Shown: in pieces, positions 50,019-64,000 of the stretch | Numbering within the stretch: the first letter of the stretch is position 1 | Layout: each line of letters opens with the position of its first letter | NCBI GenBank assembly: GCA_010405405.1 | Contig: MU004232.1 | Location: 69,540 to 133,539 of the forward strand | Direction of reading: 5' to 3' | Length of the DNA stretch: 64,000 nt | DNA from: Microthyrium microscopicum | Taxonomy: Eukaryota | The notes under the pieces: model-generated | Database searches by the model: none | Told to the model about the DNA's origin: nothing | What the model saw: only the letters and a program-made list of their open reading frames with translations | Translations under genes and position numbers: made by a program

Positions 50019-52002
50019 ATGTTCAAGAAAAAGCCCAACGTAAGTTCTACACCCTCGCATTTCACGAATCACAGCCTAACAACTCCAGATCAAACAACTC
50101 TCGCCCCTCCGCTCCTCCGACCGCCGTAAACTTGCCGACCAAATCATCGCCGATCTATCTCTCCCCCTCCCACCCAAGCCAGCCAACGATGCCTCGCCCG
50201 AAGACAAAGCCGCCGCCACAGTCAAACTCACATCTCTCCGCAATGCCCTCCTACCTGAGAACGTACAAGCTGCCAAGTTCTCCACGACCGCAGGCCCAGA
50301 TCTTAAGAATGTGAATGGGACTGTGTACATAGGCGCACATTCCGGCGGAGATGTGCGCGTGCTCTGGGTTCATGTGTCTGATAGGTTATGGCCAAGCATC
50401 TATACGCTGTGGCACAATCCGCGGGTCATACCATTATTGACGACTCCGGCGATGGTCGTAGGGAAGATACAGGCTGGTGCGGATCTGATGACACCTGGCT
50501 TAGCGAATGGACCGCCATTTCCGTCTAAAGCCAAGAAAGGTGCGCTGGTTGCCGTGGCGAGCTATGAGAACCCGAGTGTTCCTTTGGCGGTGGGTGTTTG
50601 TGCGGTGGATGTGAGTGCGTTGGGACGCGTGCAGGGCATGAAAGGCGTGGCGGTCGAAATACTGAGCTGGGTAGGCGATGAGGTGTGGAGCTGGAGTCCG
50701 AGTGGGAAGTTGGGTGGTGAGCCGCCGGCAATACTTGAAGCATGGTTGGAAGAGGACGAAGTGCTGGAGATTACACAGGACGTTGGTGGTGTACGGTTGG
50801 ATGGACCTAGCGAAGAAGATGAGAACAAGTCGCAGGAGAAAAGTAAAGCGATACAGCCGGAGATGGATTATGATCAGAGGGAGTGGACGACACAAGGTTC
50901 GTCATGTCAGACTCGTAGACGAATTATGCTAACGCTGTTAGATATCGATGATGCCTTTTTCAAAGCTCTTCTGTTCGGCATATATCGAGCTAAAGAGTCG
51001 GGCAGCGCTCCTAGATATGGCCTCGACTTTCCTCTTAAACCGTCGTTCATCATGGCCAAACTTATCCAACCATATCTTCCTATATTTGGTCCAGGAGACG
51101 CTGAAGCTCTTCAGATAAAAAAGACGTCATGGAAGAACATGAAGAAGTTTCTAAAACATCTTGACAAATTAAAGCCACCGTTCTGTCTCACCAAAGACCA
51201 AGGAGGAGAAACTATCATATCAGTTCTCGATTTCGATCATTGGGAGCTCGAAGATTTTAAACCATATTCTTTACCAAAGAAAGCCAAGGACAGCTCGTCG
51301 GAAGGAAAAGGCAAAGGACCAGAAGTCGCGTCTGGTGCGGACTCGTCTGTTGGCCAAAAGATAAAGATCGTGGCATTGTATAAAACCAAGGAGAAGTTCT
51401 CACAGTTGTTCGGTAGCCCTGAAGATGCACGAGGTTATCACACCGCAACCGAGATCAAAGACGTCGTGAACGAATACATTGAGAAGGAGAACCTCGTATC
51501 CGGCAACAACAAACGAGTCGTCAAACTCAATCCCTTCCTCGCCAACGATGTAGTCGACAGCAAAGACCCCAAGAACCGTGACTTCGTCGCCCGTGGTACG
51601 ATTCCGCGCGATACCCTAGCTGACCGAGTGGTTGCAGCTAGCTCAGCATATCATGTCATTCTGCGAAACACATCAACCCCAGACTCGTCGAGTAAGCCGA
51701 AAGCCGGCGCACCACCCAAGATCCTCATCACACAGGAGACGCGCAGCGGGAACAAGACCGTCACAAAGATCAGTGGTCTGGAAGTGTTCTTCATTCCACC
51801 ACAGCCGCTTGCTGATGAGCTCCGGAAAACGTGTGCGGGTAGTACGAGTGTGGATCATCTGGTGGGGAGTTCGCCGAAACATCCGGTCATGGAGGTTATG
51901 GTTCAGGGACCACAGGCGCAGACTGTGCAGACGGCGTTGGAGAAGAGAGGGATTGACAAGCGGTGGATCGAGGTAGTGGATAAAACGAAGAAGAAGAAAT
52001 GA
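50019..52002 (+). CDS. TMA64: Translation initiation factor eIF2D/ligatin (PUA + SWIB + SUI1), 3 exons
   Basis: MFKKKPN|IKQLSPLRSSDRRKLAD, LWPSIYTLW, GADLMTPGL, IKKTSWK, ETRSGNKTVT..GLE, EVMVQGPQ. Introns 50040-50088 and 50897-50941. Confidence 0.92.
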
Positions 52003-52175
52003 TTTGGGATTAGCGGTCTTGAGCCTTTAATATAGCCACGCGCAATAATACCCAAAGCTTTCCTGATCTGATATCAGTAAGAACATCGTTTATAGGATGC
52101 GACACACTGACCTCATTTCTTTTTACGTCCCTGTAATTATACAGATCATATACTGCGCCCAGTGTCTCTTTATGC

Positions 52176-52529
52176 TTACTGCGATTTCTTTCCTTCCTTA
52201 GGTGCTGCCGTCTTGTTCTTCTTCTCGTCATATCCATTATCATTCTTGTCATCCATTATGACAATGGCCAAATATCCGACAAGAACCACATTAGCCGTCA
52301 ACGCAGCAGAAGCAGCAGACCATGTACTATTGCCATTGAACAACGTGTTTATCGTTCCAAAGTAGACTCCAAGCGGCGCTGTGACGAGTAGAAAGACGAA
52401 TGTGAGAAGCTTCAGCAGTATAGAGGTAGGAACGGCTGGACTGATGTCGGATGGACCTTCGGCGGGTTTGTTTATGGATGGATAGTCTGCTGAGGCGTCG
52501 ATGGGGAATCGCTGGCGGAGGTCTGTCAT
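52176..52529 (-). CDS. VMA21: V-ATPase assembly factor Vma21
   Basis: KLLTF....APLG.YF, NSTWSA..AA..ANVVL.GY..., two TM helices and a C-terminal KKxx ER-retrieval signal (KKSQ). Confidence 0.9.
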   Translation of the reverse strand: MTDLRQRFPIDASADYPSINKPAEGPSDISPAVPTSILLKLLTFVFLLVTAPLGVYFGTINTLFNGNSTWSAASAALTANVVLVGYLAIVIMDDKNDNGYDEKKNKTAAPKEGKKSQ

Positions 52530-52808
52530 TGTGGATGGATTGCTTGTAGACGGTGAGACGACGGACTGCGGCCTGATGATCGAAGGGAACTAATTGAAAG
52601 AGGCTGGTCAATTAGATATTATGTATGGTTGATGGAGCTGAAATGGAACAGAAGTCAAGTTGTTGGAGTTAGAGGCTGGCTGATCTTATCTTATCGGAGC
52701 TTGCAGCTCTTGGAAGCTGTTCCAGAACGCCGGAGACCAGACCAGGCACAATCGAAGGAGGTTGGCTTTCAGCTCTCCATTATTTGCGATACCTATTCTC
52801 CTCTTCCC

Positions 52809-53977
<1,169 letters not shown>

Positions 53978-56552
53978 ATTTATCGCGTTGTTAAGCTGCA
54001 GAATCCATACGCGAAACGGGGACGACAAGGCAGGGAAGTTGTCACGAAATCAGGTGTTTTCATTGTCCTGATTCACGGTAGGGCGCAGTGATGAGTCAAA
54101 AGAGGGCGTTGGTTGCATTAAAGGAAGAAAAACTAGAAGGCAGCCTTGGGCTTGTACATGCAGACTTTTATCTGGTAATCATGTCGGCACCGGCTACCGA
54201 TACGTAAAGTGTTAGCATAATCTACTAGGCTCTGCGCGGCCCATTACTTGATCAATTGGTTTCTTGAAAGTGCCTTTTCTCAGGTCGCTTGGTAGGCAGT
54301 TTCTCATTCTTGGCAGTTCGTTTTTCGATACAAAAATAATATTGCCATTGAGTTTCAAGACCAAAAATCAATAATGGATCAATAAAGTTCCATACTTACT
54401 CAAAAGGGGAAAAGCGCATGGCAAGGGATAGTGTAACCTAGTAGCGACAACGTGTGAAGCACAAAAAGCCAAAAATAAACCTAGCATCGCGATGCCCGCG
54501 TGCGCCTACTGTGCGTTTTCTGGAAAAAGCGACTACTGCGGGCATCGACTTGCGGTGAAGGTACGATGCTGCAATGAGCCCAAGCTGGGCGGCCGCTTCG
54601 TCTCCAACTGCTGCTCAGACTCAACACCACCTGCATTCCTGCATTCGCGCTGCCACGCTGCCTGTCTGCCACGCCCTGGGTCTACAGCGGGTACGCATTC
54701 TGAGCTTTCGTGCAGACTGCCATCGGACCCGCATCTCCAATTATGTATCCATATTCGCATCCGATGCGAGAATTCATGGCGTTGAGTTACGACTACACGA
54801 AGAATATGCTCCTTTCGGTAGATGACTGTTTCTAGTGTAATCGTGTGGTCCAAATTTGGATCATTGATCTCTCGTTCGAACTTATCACGGACGCATCACA
54901 GTTCTTGGATGATTGGATCCATGTAGCACCCCTTTATGCCCGGTCGCCCGGATCTTGGTGCCTTTGGGACAAGTATGGCATTGAATCACACGATTTGATC
55001 CCCATCACGATTTCACCGGCCCGCCGGGATATTAATCAGTATACTGCGGTTGTCTGCCGCGGTCCATTGGTCAAATGCCGTAGGCAACCACTCACTGCAT
55101 GTGTGCAGTATTCAATTGTCAGCAACGCGTGATAAGTCAACGTCGCACGAGAAAGTATGAGAGGATGAGAAAGGGACCGTGGATAAATCTTGGAAATGGA
55201 AAACCTGCCTATTGATTATGTCTCCTTGGATGATGACGCATTCTGATACCGTATACGACCGTCGTCCATTGAATTGAGATGTCAATCACGATCCATTGTC
55301 CAGGTTTGTCCAAGACCAAGAGAAATAGTGTATGCTGCCACCACTACCCACGCACTCTGAGCATTGGTATCAATAATGGGCATTGGGAAGATATCCATTC
55401 GTGGGGCATCGGATCTGTCACCGGCTGCATGGACAAGATCAAACTGCGCCACAGGAAAAAGCCAAAGCCCAAAGCCTCGGTGTTCAACTCGCCGATTTTC
55501 CAACTGCCAGCTGGGTTGACGAGCTCGTTTCACGCGAGCGAGTGCAAGCGTGCCTTGCCGCAATCAATCAGATGCCTGATGTGCTGGATAATCGGTGAGC
55601 GACAGACGTTGATTGGATGGACTCGCCAATTGCTTAGCAAAGGCCGTCGCCCTGTGACCACGCTGGACGACGCCTGTCCTGCTCGGAAGACGCAACAGAA
55701 GGCCACCAGAACAACCTTAATGGCTATTCTGCCACACTGATAGGTCGGCATGCCCTGGTCGAGGGCCTCACCAGTCCAGTCGGACGTGCCAGGCTACTGC
55801 TAGGTAGGCAGTCCAGCAGACGATTGAACAAGGAGGTACCCCCTTCTTTTCGTGTGAATCGGATTGGGGTTTGACGAGTCAAAAGCATTGTCAACAGCTC
55901 TGCGACATCACAGTCACTTTGTGCGCGACACTGCTTAGCTGGACCGTTGAAGTGAGCTGTCCAGTGGTAGCCAACGGACATGGCCTTGTCGAAGCCTCGT
56001 GGTGGGGGTATCCACGACAAGATCCAGGTGGACGGAAAGGAGCCGCAGCAAGCCCTCATTCTCGTTGTGTGCAGAGTGCCCAGTGCTTGGGAGACGCGCC
56101 AAATCTGGAAGCCGACTTTTAAAGTCATGGCCGTAATTGACATCTGGCGGTGATGGTTAGGTGACTGAAATGCCCAAAAAAAGATCCTCGTGTCGCCAGT
56201 AGCGGAGATGCAAGTGTCATAGTTGCAGCGATTACAGCCCGAGAGGTCCGCCAGAGTGTCGCAACCTGCATTGCGACAATACGTGGAATTGTCGTGGATA
56301 GGTGGTTATAGAATAGAAGTGATGCAAATACTCGGTAATGGCCTCAGCCTTACACATCTCTAAAGTTGATTGATTGCATCAATTGCCGGGCGACGCCGAG
56401 TGTGGCTTGGACGGTCTTTGACTTCCAAGTGGACTGCCCCTGCGCAACCTCAGCCTAGTGCCAGGCCTTATTTCGTTTTTGCAGACCATCAACCTTGATT
56501 TTATTCCGTAGTCTGAATAGTAGTAGCGAAATTATTCAACTGCGTATAGCCC

Positions 56553-56913
56553 CTATATATACATGGCGCGGCCTCCTGTGCTAGTTTTTCATTCATACAT
56601 ATTCATACATAATACAAGTACAAGGGCTCTTCCTTTCCTAACAAGCCTAAATCTCTCCCAAGACTCCCTATATTACTTCTCCCATATCACCTCTCCTTTT
56701 AGTGGATCCTGTTTTTACTGTTGACTCATTCTCACATCCACGGTTTCGGATTCGCCGACAAGTATAACTACTACCTCTACGCCTCCTACTATTCGAATTA
56801 GTTCTTACTATTTCTCCAACATTATACCCCACAGGTAAGCTTTCCCCAAAACATGTGTCTGAAGACATTTAGTTTGTTTGGTGTATGCATATCAGATTCT
56901 AACCCCAGTGTCA
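56553..56913 (+). promoter_or_regulatory. TATA box, pyrimidine-rich leader and 5'UTR intron upstream of the GNAT gene
   Basis: CTATATATA at ~56553. GTAAGC donor ~56834, CTAAC branch point and CAG acceptor ~56913. Confidence 0.55.
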
Positions 56914-57009
56914 GCCTTGCCTCATCGCCACGAAACTAGTACAAATATACTGGCCCACCCTACCAACATCACCACATCATACATATTTTCAAAATAAAAT
57001 ATTTCGAAA

Positions 57010-57924
57010 ATGACTGTCATAATGCACACCGACATGCTATCGCGCTCAATAAGAAGAGCGATGAGAACGTTCCTCAAACGAAAACAAACAGTTCAACTTC
57101 TCGCCAATCTCCTCCAATCAAACAAGTCGATAGCAGCAACACTTTCAGAAAAAGTCCCCCTCCCAGTAACAGAAGAACTACCCACAACACCAATCTATCT
57201 CGACTCACAAGAAACCATCCGCGTCTGCCATCTCAGCGAATACAAACAAGTCGCCCTCAGCCTCGCCCACGCTTTCGCAGACGACCCCTGCGCCATGTTC
57301 TGCATCGAGACCGCCGACCGCCAACACTGGACCAAACAGCAAAAATGGGATCTACACGTCGAGATGATGGAGTATATGGTATACGCACACATGCTCGACG
57401 GCCTCGTAACATCCATCGGCGACAACTACGGCGCCGTAGCACTCTGGTAAGTACCTCCACGAATGCTCCTCACCTTCACCGAACAAGGCTGACACATATA
57501 TAGGATGCCACCAGGAAAAGACATGGACTCACTCAGCACAACCCTCCGCTCCGGAATATGGCGCTTACACTACCGTCTCTCAAAAATCGGGAAATTCCGC
57601 TTCTTCAACGATTTCATGCCTTTACTCCACGACACCAAACACAACGTCCTCGGCGCACAAGACAACAACTCCTGGTACTTGGTCTATCTCGGCACACGAC
57701 CCGAGGCGCGCCGCAAGGGCTATGCGCGCGCACTTATCGAGGACGTCATGGTGACGGCAGATCAACAAGGAGTGCCCATGTACCTGGAGAGCAGCAAAGA
57801 AGTGAATGTGGGCATTTATGAAAAATTCGGATTCGAGGAGAAGACGCGCATCTGGATGGGCGGTGAAGGGAATGATGGCAGCGTGCCACTCGATATCATG
57901 GTTCGGCAGGCCCAGACCAACTAA
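57010..57924 (+). CDS. GNAT-family N-acetyltransferase, 2 exons
   Basis: LAHAFADDP, AVALW|MPPG, WYLVYLGTRPEARRKGYARALI (acetyl-CoA motif A), MYLESS...N..IYEKFGF. Intron 57447-57503. Confidence 0.9.
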
Positions 57925-58510
57925 ACTTTTCTCTTCAACAACTTCTTATTCGTCTTTTTTTTGGCAAACATTTTTCGACACTTGAGAAACATGGAATTTT
58001 TTGGGATATGACGCTTATGAGTCTTGGATCAAAGCATCGCTTGGCGTTCCTGCATATACATGGGAAGGATATTTAGAATATTTTGCGACAAGGCCTCACG
58101 GCCGCTGTATGATTTGGTTGGCATTTGTATAGGCGTTGGAATCAGGCTTCCGCTAAAATAGCGTCGAGGCCTTGCTTTGGGAACGATATACCTTATGTTT
58201 TTAGCTTAGCGATTTATAATCACTTGAGAACTGTTTTTCTTCTTCTTCAATTATAACCGGTCATTTATCGCTACATGATTAGTCCTGCCTGTGAAATCAT
58301 ATCCCGCCCTGCACTTGGAACGTCATAACACCCACTTTCGACACCACTGCATACACACCACATCATTCGATCATGTCTCCTAAGAATAGCTCAGACGTCG
58401 AATCTTCATCGTAATCCGGAAAAGTTTCGTAATTCTTCCAGTCTTTTCTGCTGATGTCAAGAATGATTTGATGCTTGTTTTTCTGCGCGGTCAAAATTCC
58501 GGACTTGAAA

Positions 58511-60309
58511 TTAATTGACCTTATCCACGTTCTCCTGGTCATCGAAGGTTTGACCAAGTGCCTCCCTGGCCTCCAGTTCCCCAGATATGCCCATTGGTGG
58601 ATCAGAGCTATAGTGATGAAGGCCGTGGTGCTTCTGAGAAGGTGCGTTAATTGCCTGAAAGCCAGTCGCCTGATAGTCGGTGGCCGGAGGAACATAAGTG
58701 TCACCAAAAATTGAGACCGATGTTACTGTGGTGCTGATGTTTTCTTGAGAAGCCGCCCGTTTCTTGGTACTAGCAACGAGCTCGTGAGATACGTTGTCTT
58801 TGGCACTGGATGTTCTGGCTCCCAAGATGTTTCGCAGTGTCACAGGCGCCTTTGTGTGGCCTCTGCTGTGTATCTTGGTAACGTAGCGGGTCTGTCCTGC
58901 TGAGAAGGACGAATTGAAATGCTCTGATGAGCTTTTCTGGACACGATCAAGGCTAGATGGGAGCTGAATGGAATCGGAGCCTGCGTTCTCGCTTGCAGTT
59001 TCGTAGGCGGAACTCTCGTTGTCGTCCATCTCATCTGAAATGGCTTCGTGTGACTTGGCTTGCTGATGGTCGTTTTCCTCATTGTGGTGTAAATCGGGGA
59101 CATCATTCAAAGCCGGAACTTCTTTGTAAGTAGGCAACGCATCTTCAACCAGTACTCCGCCGTGCTCCAGTAGTTCGTCGTGCAAGTCATCGTGGTCATG
59201 GCGTTGCTCTTGCGACGAAGCTTCACCTTCTTTAGGCGATGCTTTCTGGGCAGCTTCCTGGTCTTGAGAGATCACTTGGCTGTAGTTTTCAACCAGGACA
59301 ACGACTGTGGACTTCATATGCGTTGGGCTGGCATGCGAGGCCGATTCCAAAGATGGTGTGCGTTTAGTTGATTTGACCCGAGAGGATGGCACCAGTGTAG
59401 AGTTCGAAAGGGAAGTCGATTGGAAGTCCTCGTCGTTAGAAAGAACCATGGGTAACAATCCAGAATCACCGGGAATACCAGAAGTTTCCATAAAACTATC
59501 GATGATCTCGCTCAACTCGGTATCATGGGTCTCTTGGGTCTCATTGTCTTCGATTTGGACAACAGACTCTTCGTCAGACTTGTCATCGATCGCAACTGGA
59601 GATGCTCTTCGAGCCTTGGCGGATGCCTTCTGCCCTTTGGCTGGTCTCGACGGACTGGGTCTACGGGGTGCTTGAGTAGTAGCTGGGTGATTACGCTTGC
59701 GTCTCTTGGTAGGTTGAATGCCTCCTGAGAGTTCTCGCTTCAAAGTCTTGTCCTGAGGGTGCTTCTTAGTGTTATACAATGGGCGAGGAGCTTGCGAGTT
59801 TGCAATTCGAGAAGACTGTCTCTCGCCCTTTGGAGGACTGATAGCTCGAGATGCGGTCTCCTCTATATCTGATCCATCAGAGCTTCGAAGGTCTACTTCA
59901 TCATCTGATGCTGGCGGAGTGTCCTCGACGGCTTTGTGATTTGGCTCCTTACGACTTGTTCGTTTTCGACCTTTGGTAAAATCGTCTAGTGGATGAAACT
60001 TGGCATTATATGGTTTGCCATAAACTTTTCGGCCATGGACCGCAGATCTTGTAGAATATCGCGAAGTGATGGCACCTCCATCTTCATCAACAATAATGAC
60101 CTTATCGAGATCGACTCCGCGAAGAAGGGCGCTGCTGCTTGGAGGTTTTGTTGAGACACTTTTGCCACTAGACTTAACTGTTGAGGGAGGAGAGCGAACA
60201 TCATCGTGTTCGATTTCCTCGAAACCTGCAGGCTAATCAAGGCTGATTAGCTGTTGAACATTGACGGCAAGGACTTTGGAGCTACCTCATCGCTGAGTAA
60301 GGGCGGCAT
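58511..60309 (-). CDS. Low-complexity, probably nuclear, hypothetical protein, 2 exons
   Basis: MPPLLSDE|PAGFEE... spliced into a long open frame that runs into ORF 58511-59779. Basic NLS-like TKRRKR. Repeated YNxKxHPxD motif. Confidence 0.65.
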
Positions 60310-60893
60310 GACGAAACGGCAGGCCTAGGAACTGCTCCGGCTGGAAGAATTGGGAGAAAGGTCTCAAACCACTGGAGGAGCGAGAGGTTGTTGGAGCAGG
60401 CTGAGGAAGTGAGGTTAGAGGACGCGACGGATTTACGAGCACGCGTCGAGCGCGTACCTTCCATTGAGGTGTGGTCTCGACCCACTTAGGAGGAGTGATG
60501 AGGAAGGTACGATGGTAGCAGCCTCAAAAGTTTGAAGGCAGGAGCGACCAGGAGCGCGATTGACGCTAACCACCTCCCGCTCTATGTACTCCAGAAATTA
60601 GCACTGTACCCAGGTCTGAGTTTGTTGCTAGCACGCACATACAAGCACAATGAGAAGAGTTGAGAGCAGTAAGATATCCAAGAACTGAGCATGTACTGCA
60701 TACACAGCACCATCTTCAATCTAAATGTCGTCCATTCGTCCATTCTCCAGTCATATGTCCAAACTCCTTTCTGCCAAATATATGCGCTCGGTTCAAAACA
60801 ACATGCTTCCGGTCAGGATTATATCAGATAGTTTCGTACGGTGAAGAGGGTATCGCGTAAGTACGTAGCCAAATATCATGCATCGTGAGCGTT

Positions 60894-61874
60894 TCATTCC
60901 GCAACAAGTGCCGTTTTCCGTCGGGGACTTCTTTTCGCATAATGAAGTACGGAATCGAGATCTTCAACACTCGTCGGTTCGTCATCCGCCTCAATTGGAC
61001 CCAAAGTAAAGTCCATGGTAGAGGGCAGAGGTCCATCTACTTCCTGCTTCTCGTCTTCGTCGGCATCGCTTGGCTGTTGTTCCTTAGCTGCTAGTTGCGC
61101 TAGCTCTTTGTCACTGAGCCGCTTAGCCTCCTCAAAGCTTTCTTTCGCTCCTATTATTTCGGCTTCGCAGTCGCCTTCGCGTAGGAATTGATGGGCGCCT
61201 CGTTCGCATAGACTCTGGGCTTTCTCAAGTGCAGCATCGATTGCGCCAAATGCATCCATCGGTCTGTTCATTATATTAGCCTCGGAATATGGGAATACGG
61301 TCGGCGATCTTGTAGGAAACAACGGTACGTACCCGGTTCTGGAGTTGACAAAACGGTAGTCTTGAGTAGTTCCATTTGTCAAAGCCTCCATCCGATGTGC
61401 CGTTCGAGCCTTTCGGACTCCATTCCTCGCCGACCCAATATACCGCACAATCTGCTCAAAGCAACTCTGTATCTCACTATCATAGTAAACAATGATCATA
61501 CTGCGAGTGCGGTATTTAGACGGTGTGGAATCCCGCGATATTATCGATGCGGTTTTGCGTTTTCGAGAGTTCAGAAGGAGTTGTTGAGGATCGAGAGGAT
61601 TCGCGACGTCTCGATCTTGCGGTGCGGATATGACTTCGAGCATAGTATCTGGACTGTTGGCATCTGGGCTACGTGTATCTGGGGATTGGGTATGAGGTGA
61701 TTTTGGGCGAATGGATTCGTTTGAGCCAGTCTTCTTGACTTGTCGTGCTGGAACTGGGACGCGCGATATCTGCTCTTGTCGCTCTTTGACTTTCTTCTCA
61801 AGCGATTCCAGGGTTGCTATCCATGCGGGGACGTTTTCTGAGATGAACTGGAAGCATTTTGCAACATCCGCCAT
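60894..61874 (-). CDS. Conserved fungal hypothetical protein
   Basis: Long ORF with helical blocks SMIIVYYDSEIQSCFEQIVR..ARN.VRK and LEKAQSLCERGAHQFLREGDC, which I recall from Pezizomycotina hypotheticals. Confidence 0.75.
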   Translation of the reverse strand: MADVAKCFQFISENVPAWIATLESLEKKVKERQEQISRVPVPARQVKKTGSNESIRPKSPHTQSPDTRSPDANSPDTMLEVISAPQDRDVANPLDPQQLLLNSRKRKTASIISRDSTPSKYRTRSMIIVYYDSEIQSCFEQIVRYIGSARNGVRKARTAHRMEALTNGTTQDYRFVNSRTGYVPLFPTRSPTVFPYSEANIMNRPMDAFGAIDAALEKAQSLCERGAHQFLREGDCEAEIIGAKESFEEAKRLSDKELAQLAAKEQQPSDADEDEKQEVDGPLPSTMDFTLGPIEADDEPTSVEDLDSVLHYAKRSPRRKTALVAE

Positions 61875-63493
61875 AGCTTGGGTGGGCCAACGAGTGGTAT
61901 TTGCCAAGAAGGATCACCGTTCAAACTTCATAAGTGTATGATGGCCTATACGAAAGGCCAATCGGTGATTGATGATGCAAAGATAGAATAGTCCGTATGT
62001 TCGTTCGCTTTACTTGTAGCTAGAACAGATCAATAACACTAAGTCAATCAAAGGCGGCGGGATGGGTAGATCCGCATAAATAGAAGGAGCTAAGCAATGG
62101 GTTTCCAAGTTTTGGGAAAAGACAACAAAAGTACTACTGTACGCAGTGCACGAGGAGAGACGGCGACGAGGCGTGAGAATAAATATGATTATACCAGAGA
62201 AAGCTTAAGATCAAGAGCAAGGTACTTGCAACAAGATCCAATTCCAGGCCATCTAAAAGCTGACACCCGCGGCTAAATCCCGTGCGGCGTGTCAAGTCGT
62301 GGATCTCCACTCAAGTTCTCAACACAGAGTCAACAGTAAAGTGTCACGGTCCTTTTCGTCTGTTGCTCCCGTTAACAGCAGGATTTGCAACCTCCAGCAG
62401 GCACCCGAAACGATCTATCCTACCTATTCCATCATACACCAGGCGTGCTCGTTAAATCCCTCGCATGTGCCGCTCGATACTGCATACAGACACGGACTTC
62501 ATCTCTGGCTTGAAACCATCGCTGTGTGCCCAATCCATGACAGTTGTAAATCCGCTGGCTCGCTTGCTGAGTAGGTCCTAATTATAGCACATCATCTTAA
62601 CTTCATCTCATCAGCAAGAGATGCATCGACATCGAATCTCCTGGAATTCCTGTCGCTCATCATATCGAAGGATGTTTGATGGTCAACGCTTAGACTTTTC
62701 TTCCTTCTGCGGCTTCCGCTGTCCTCCGGTCTGCAGAAGCCATCTCATGTCGCATCAAGGGTTAACCAGACAACTGGAAATGCCATTTGTCCATCGTCCA
62801 CTTACGAACTCGGACCTGGAGGAGCTAGACGCACTATTCACTCAGAATGCGGCACAGTATTCCAGAGAAAAGAGATAAGTGTTATTAACACCACATCCAG
62901 TACTTCCTAAGTGATCCGGGAATTTAAGTGTGCTCAAACAGTGATATTTCAATATCTCAGAGGCTTCATTCTGATATCCAGATCTTAGGCTGCATGAACT
63001 TTCTCCTCTATGTACATCCATCAGATACAACGGATACGTGATTTCCCGACGAACTATCCAATAGTTTCTGTTTTTGACGGATTCGTACTCCCAGCAGTAA
63101 CACCAAGTGGCACGATGATTCATGTGATCCATCTTTATGTAGGATTTACAGATTTGATCAACACTTTCCTGTTTGTCTGCCTGGATGGCCGCCATCAGAT
63201 CCCGTCTTCTTGGTACTGCACGCTTCAACTATTTAGAAAATGCACCCGACGGACTGCTGGCAAACGAGGTACTCAAAAAAGTTAGCTTCGATTGTAGCTC
63301 GAAAATGGGTCCGGATAGCTGCATGTAGCTGGCAGATCGCTCGGTCAAGTCTTCAGGATTCTTGAGCCTCAATAAAGCAACAGAAATCGGGCCTTGGTCT
63401 CATACTGTTGCTGTAGAAATGGCTGGTTGGATTTTGAACTTAACGGTATCGTAACTACACCTACCTTAATTTTGTATACAACCAAGAATCATT

Positions 63494-64000
63494 TCATATT
63501 AACTTGAAGACGGCGGTATCAAACGGTTGCCAAATTGACATCAAGTCTTTCAGATCAGGATGCATAGCATCCCATAGACAATCAACATATGCTTCACCAA
63601 GAAAGCGGTATGCTCCCTCCTCGGCAGGCCTAAGTAAAAAGGGGACCACTTCTCCCGTCAGCTCAAATGCGGTGACAAGATCACCTTGTTGCAAATCTTC
63701 CGGCCCAAACCCAAATAATGGAAAAGACCTCTCAGCTGGTTCCTCTGTCCCCATTCTCTGGCGAAAACTGGTTTCATCGGCAGCATATCCATTTACACAA
63801 GACTCCCACTCTGTTGCTATTGATCGACAAGGGAATCCTGTGAACAATCGCCTACTATTCATAGTTCTACTCACTCTGTCGAGAAACTGCTTGACAGAAG
63901 TCAGATCTTGTTGCTGCATTTTGACTGGAGAATGCATCATTGACAAAAGTACAGTAAACGCTTCGAAGAGAGGTTTTGTTAGAGCTGTAGGGGCACCTGG
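63494..64000 (-). CDS. C-terminal part of a HET-domain (het-6-like) protein, 5' end outside the window
   Basis: RRLF...GFGP..LQQGDLV....G.VVPFLLRP...YRFLGEAYV is the typical C-terminal signature of HET-domain proteins. Confidence 0.7.
   Translation of the reverse strand, partial: PGAPTALTKPLFEAFTVLLSMMHSPVKMQQQDLTSVKQFLDRVSRTMNSRRLFTGFPCRSIATEWESCVNGYAADETSFRQRMGTEEPAERSFPLFGFGPEDLQQGDLVTAFELTGEVVPFLLRPAEEGAYRFLGEAYVDCLWDAMHPDLKDLMSIWQPFDTAVFKLI

Noticed and set aside
62299..63285. Short ORFs on both strands
   Set aside because: No consistent gene model or family. A degenerate fragment cannot be excluded but is unsupported.

Overview
Gene-dense eukaryotic DNA from a filamentous ascomycete (Pezizomycotina, probably Dothideomycetes; this is inferred from short GT-AG introns with CTAAC/CTGAC branch points, the protein families present and RIP damage). 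About 28 protein-coding genes are supported. Housekeeping genes include LYR protein, NAT4, PIG-U/GAB1, MLH1, ERD2, a longin R-SNARE, TAP42, a SUN-domain protein, UDP-glucose 4-epimerase, eIF2D, VMA21 and IDI1. There are two cellulose-active enzymes (GH7 cellobiohydrolase, AA9 LPMO), transporters and membrane proteins, a Zn2Cys6 factor, a fungal SLATT protein, a receiver-only response regulator, a putative PemK/MazF-like fold protein with Pro-rich repeats, and the 3' end of a HET-type gene. The main structural feature is an AT-rich, RIP-mutated island at 33.2-41.5 kb. It consists of three separately inserted Mutator-like (MULE) elements that share the terminal motif (C/G)AGGAGAAGTTTCCAC and have 9-10 bp target-site duplications. 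Two carry relic SWIM-finger transposases and one is a ~1 kb almost fully palindromic foldback element. No tRNA, rRNA or CRISPR array was recognised. Exon boundaries were read by eye and family calls come from recalled motifs, not database searches.
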